Assembly: GCF_964194025.1 (NCBI RefSeq)
Contig: NC_134475.1
Location: 8,184,001 to 8,248,000 of the forward strand
Reading direction: 5' to 3'
From: Convolutriloba macropyga
Taxonomy: Eukaryota
Length of the DNA: 64,000 nt
In this document: piece by piece, positions 59,275 to 64,000 of the stretch
How positions within the stretch are numbered: position 1 is the first letter of the stretch
Layout of the letters: each line of letters opens with the position of its first letter
Translations under genes and position numbers: made by a program
The notes under the pieces: model-generated
Databases searched by the model: none
What the model was told of the DNA's origin: nothing
What the model saw: the letters and a program-made list of their open reading frames with translations, nothing else

Positions 59275-61732
59275 GTAATTATTTAATAATTATATTGAGT
59301 TGTTCATTTTTTGTTTTTGACGTTTTTTTGTCCATTTACTCGCCTTACCCATTTCAGTTTATTCCTTCTTCTCTATACAACTTATTTTGTTGAAAAATTG
59401 TTGACGTTTCCATTTTGTTCCTGTAATTTTTTTTAGAAAATCTTTTCGCAGATATGAAAATGATTCCTTTTTTATAAAAAAATTATGGGATCTGCAGCTC
59501 ACATCCGCGCGTTTTTGGGCCTTTTTCTCGGAAAAATACATTTTCGGATTTTAGCGGGTTTAGGAGTTTGACAAGAAAAGAAAGGAAGACAGCACAATTT
59601 TTCTTCGCCCGTTTAATTATTACACATTTTACAAGTTTTAAAGTTGATCTTGTCTTTCATTACTGAGTTCAAAAGTTAGAGTTGTTAAATTTTTTTTGCT
59701 CTAATTACCGAGTTTGGGAGCTGAGCTTCAGTAATAGTATAAATTTTGATGGACGGCAAAAAAAATGTTGTAACTCGCTCAGAGATAGAGAATAAGGAGT
59801 GCCTTCTGAATTTTATTTAAATACTTCAACCGAAAAGGGATAGATGGTGTAGAAAAAACAAATTTTGATGAGAAAAAATCTTGATGAGAATTGTGTAATT
59901 TGAGTATACTGTTGTTTACAATTGCGTTTATTTGTAACGCTTGAACGTGAACTAAAGGCTTGTCTGCATAACTTTAGCCAACGTACTCTATTGTTGTTGA
60001 AATTTTCTCATGGTTCGAAATTGTGTTCGTCTATGGCAAAGTGATTCAATTTAAGGTGCTTCCTTTCAAAATTTTCACATACAGATGAAATCAAAAAAAT
60101 CCTGTAAATTTTTTGCTTTGAAAGATTTGAAAATTACAACAAATTCAAATCAAATACAATAAACTCATTTGTGTAACAATCGGAACGCTGTGTTCATCAA
60201 GTATGAGTGGAAAAAAAACGAATTCATTTGACGCATGAAATTGTTTGGTCGATGTTATTGGAAGCATTTTCACAATAATAAAACAAAATGCAACAAGAAT
60301 TTTTGTCCATTGTTTTTTGGTTGTTATGGGACAATTTAGAATTATTGTTTAAAATTTTCAATATAAAGTATCTATCCAGCAAGTACCCTATAAAAGTAAT
60401 AATTTTAATATGGCTTTGTTATGACCTGCTTCGTTGAACAGTTTCTAGTTTTCGGGGTAGGGAGTTTATGGGTAGGCAGTTTATTTAATATTTTATTGCA
60501 GTTTGCAGATTTAGAGGATTTAGGAAACGTCGATTGTTGGTGTAGTAGCTTCGAGTTTACGCATGTACACAATTTGCATTGCTTTATGGAATATTCTATT
60601 CATTTTTTTTTTTGAAATTTCAATTTGCAAGTATTTGTTCTTAGAACTTGAGTTAGCTGCCAAATTTTAATTGCTCAAATTTACTGTGTTATATCGTTAT
60701 GTTTGGAACTTGGTCTTAAAGTTAGAACTTCGATATTAACAAAATGCGAACTCTGATGTTGAATTGAAAAATAATTGCGACAAGACTAAATTCAATTTTG
60801 ATTCCATTATTGTTCTTGCGCTACCTCTATTTTATTAACCTATCAATCAGATGGCTGATGTAAAATTTGCTCACCCAAATGATCTCGATTTTAATATCCA
60901 CTGACCTCAAACTGACAAAATTGATCTAATGAGGTGTTTATAATTTTCATGGTAATTTTGCCTATAAAATTCCACTAGAACTGGACCTTGTCGTGTGAAA
61001 CACATGCCATGTGAAATATTTTTTGCTAATCTAAAATTTGATGGTTTTTTCACATAAATAGGTATTATAAATGCTGGCTCAAACCTATATTTTTAGTTCC
61101 AAATTAATTTATTGCTCAAAGCAATTTACAAATTCTGAACATTTTCTGGCTTGGTAATATAATTTTTCCATTGTTGGTAATATGCGTGACACAATTTTTG
61201 ATCTGATACGTTTATCCGCCGTTTTCGCAGTTTTGAAACTCAAACTCATCGGGCTTCATTTTAAATCTAAGTGCGCAGCTTTTGAATCAAACTCTGTGCT
61301 TGAAAATAATGACAATTAAAAAAAACTCGATAGACTATTTTTTTTACGACGTCGCGCAGAACCATAAATTCTTAGATGTCCCGCCTTTTCGCCTCCATAT
61401 TTTTCACCCCTACCCCCTTTAATTTTAACCCTATTGAATCACACCTCTGTCACTTAACCTCGATCTTACATCGTTATATAATTGTGCAAATTGAATTCCA
61501 GCGCAAGGGTAGGTACGGTTTGGGGAAAGGGTTTTTTTTTAGGGTCAAAAGCGTGTTTACAATTCAATGGAAGATTAAATAATGTATGGAGTAAAAATAT
61601 GCGATACTAAGTTATAAGGGGGGCCAAACAAATCGGGATTACACAAATAGAACAACTTTCGTCACGACTTCCATTTGAGCAATCACACCTCCCCCAATAA
61701 ATATTTATTTGGCTGTCTTCTGTTTATGTCAG

Positions 61733-61904
61733 TGTTCCTGCATGACCTGGACATAGTTGTGGATGACTGTTTGGAAGTGGGAATTATTCCCATAATATCC
61801 TGGGAGCATCATGAGTACGAGGCCTATGCGACTGAAGAGGCTAAAGAGAGTTACCTCGAATGGTGGAGATTGGTTGCAAAGAAACTCAGATACAAGGACT
61901 ACAG
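61733..61904 (+). CDS. GH5 gene exon 2 (gene continues, probably beyond the window)
   Basis: gtcag acceptor, phase 1; 'LDIVVDDCLEVGIIPIISWEHH...LEWWRLVAKKLRYKDYR' matches GH5 'LD.VVD.AL..GL.VII..HH...W..IA..F'; donor AG|GTGAGT. Confidence 0.82.
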
Positions 61905-61994
61905 GTGAGTTGATTTCAGGTATCTTTTCTATTTGTGCCCCCGGCTTAGTTGGTGCCTATTATTTGCACTCCCGACCCTCGACGCACGCTCATA

Positions 61995-62265
61995 TCCCAG
62001 GTTGAGGTCCTCGTTCAAAATGACCTATGAAAATACCCATCCAGACCATTTTTTTCTATGAAAATACCCAGACAGACCAAAATCACCCATGATCAAGACT
62101 TTTACTCGTTCAAAGTTTTGGCGCATTCATGTGCTCATTCAAATATCCTTATGAAAAGACTCATCCAGACCCATATGCGATATGATCTATACTTTGGCTC
62201 GTTCAAGTTATGAAAAGACTCACGCAGAACAAAAGAGTTCATGATCCAGCCTTGTTCGTGTTTAA
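61995..62265. repeat. Degenerate minisatellite-bearing repeat related to 392-740
   Basis: cccaggttgaggtcc is near reverse complement of ggcacctcaacctggg (715-730); units with tatgaaaa.ac.ca.ccagac and atgatc...cgttcaaagtt. Confidence 0.5.
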
Positions 62266-64000
62266 AGAAAAGACCGATCTTTGAAAAAGTCCATGGTGAA
62301 GACTTTAAAAGATTTTTCTCATTTGAATAGGCTGTCGATATTTTTACATAATGATCTACAATCTAGAGATTTACTTTCTATGCTGTGTAACTGAGGTGCT
62401 TAACGTACTTTTTTAAAAAGCAAAGTTGCATATTTCGAACCTTTGCTAGCGTTGCAAATTTTGGGACTTACAGTACGGGATCTGACTATAGTCCCAACGC
62501 AAGTGAACGTTCGAAAAACTCCAGACACGATGCAAAGCGCGTGCTGATATCTAAAGGTTTTCAATTTGAACTTTGATCGTTGAAACGTCCTCGGTTAGCG
62601 TTGCAAATTTATGGGACTAATTATACTTGCAAGCCTAGTGTGCTAACAGTTATACTAACTTACCCAGTTATACTAACTTGGGCATCACTTCTAACCCAGG
62701 CTCTTGTTTTTTCTTGTTCCTCAAGGCTTTATCACTGGTAAGTTTTGATGACGTCACTGATCGATGAACTCGTGAAGCTCTGGGATTGACAACCGCGTAG
62801 CAGTTTGAGATATATGTCAGATTTTTGAAGTGACGTCAGCAGCGTCACAAAATTTTGCTTGAAACACCAATTGGCTTTTTTTGAAATCTGGCACTGTATA
62901 CAGAAACATCTGGTATTGCAGAGATCTGTTTTTTGAAATTGTACATCCGGATTTCAAGTAAAGTTTATCGCAAGCGCAATTTGAGTTAGTTTGTTCTTTC
63001 TGAACCTTCAAACAAAGGGTTGAGAAAGAACAAACTAACTGTTCTTGCCGCTGGTCAATACGGCAAGAACAAAAATTTATTCCTAGTTAAGAGGCGTTCT
63101 TGCATAATTTCTCTTCTGTGAGAAATAAGCTAAATCTTTTTTGTCAGATACGGCGAGTGGGCAGATGTGAAGAAATTGTTTCAATGTTTTCCAGTTTTTT
63201 TAGCGATGAACTTTCATATTTAAACCCCTTTCAAGATTGCCCGCAAAAATTGTGTCAGATGATGTTTAGTGGGAGGAAAAGTTCAATTTGGAGGAGTTGA
63301 TTTTGATCAATTAATTTAGGGTTCTACGAAAATAGTCTCAACGCAATCACCCCTTCATAAGATTATTGGCTGCAATCTAAGATTAAATTTATACAATGTT
63401 TCAATCTGGTTTATAGCAAAAAAAAAATAGAATAAAAATTAGTGATAGGTAGCGCATTGTTGCTGCTGGTTGGTGGTTCGAGTCTCAGAGACGACTTTAC
63501 ATGAAGTGAAGTTTTTGTAAGTTCAACGCCCTTTTTGCTGTGACCGTATCTAAATTCATCGCATGGATTTTAAGACCACTGCCATTTTAGTGGCAATCTA
63601 ATGCTAATTCAAAACGAAAATTTTAAGTGCATGGACTTCACGTAATCGCATGAAAGATCTTTCCACTACCTTGGCTGGAATAATAGCAAAAATGAGATCG
63701 CAGTTAATCATCAATATTTTTCACCCAATCTAATAACAATCGTGGGTTTAGATTATGTATTATTAAACAAGAAGTTGTGGTAATAAAAAAACTGCATAAC
63801 ATGCACGGTTGTTGTCACTGAGACGTTCGAACGCAAAACGCGGAAACCAATTTTGGATCGCACAAAGGTCTGGCTAGGGACACAGCCTGGATATATAAAA
63901 ATTTAATCTGGTATAGTCTAGACACATAATACCGTCTGACGCATCAGATTTGAAGGACTGAGTTATGTTGTTTTCGAAACAAAATTTAGATTTTAACCGA

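Noticed and set aside
59022-61904. Bacterial contamination explaining the GH5
   Set aside because: The coding sequence is split by canonical phase-consistent spliceosomal introns.
63440-63495. Second tRNA/SINE head (GGTTCGAGTC B box)
   Set aside because: A box is poor and there is no recognisable body; too weak to call.

Overview
AT-rich, intron-containing eukaryotic (invertebrate-type) DNA, not prokaryotic. From left to right: (1) A complete but decayed BEL/Pao LTR retrotransposon (- strand, 361-bp LTRs at 1064-1424 and 8303-8663, near-perfect 5-bp TSD), inserted into an older LINE endonuclease fragment. (2) A ~14.5-kb macrosatellite (about 3.5 units of 4-4.7 kb, 12030-26580). Read across frameshifts on the - strand, its units consist almost entirely of eroded Polinton/Maverick (adintovirus-like) capsid genes: three divergent major-capsid-like and several penton-like relics per unit. 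This is the most unusual feature of the window. (3) A decayed Penelope-like element that appears to carry a PHD finger inside its RT core. (4) A CR1-type LINE. (5) A short ATRIP-like coiled-coil ORF. (6) An intact five-exon ~1244-aa TRIM/RBCC gene ending in zinc ribbons and a RanBP2-type finger. (7) LINE and SINE fragments. (8) A CRE-clade RT+RLE retrotransposon with an N-terminal chromo-barrel (Tudor-knot) motif. (9) The first two coding exons of a secreted GH5 glycoside hydrolase. All family assignments come from manual motif recognition; no database searches were run, and relic boundaries are approximate.
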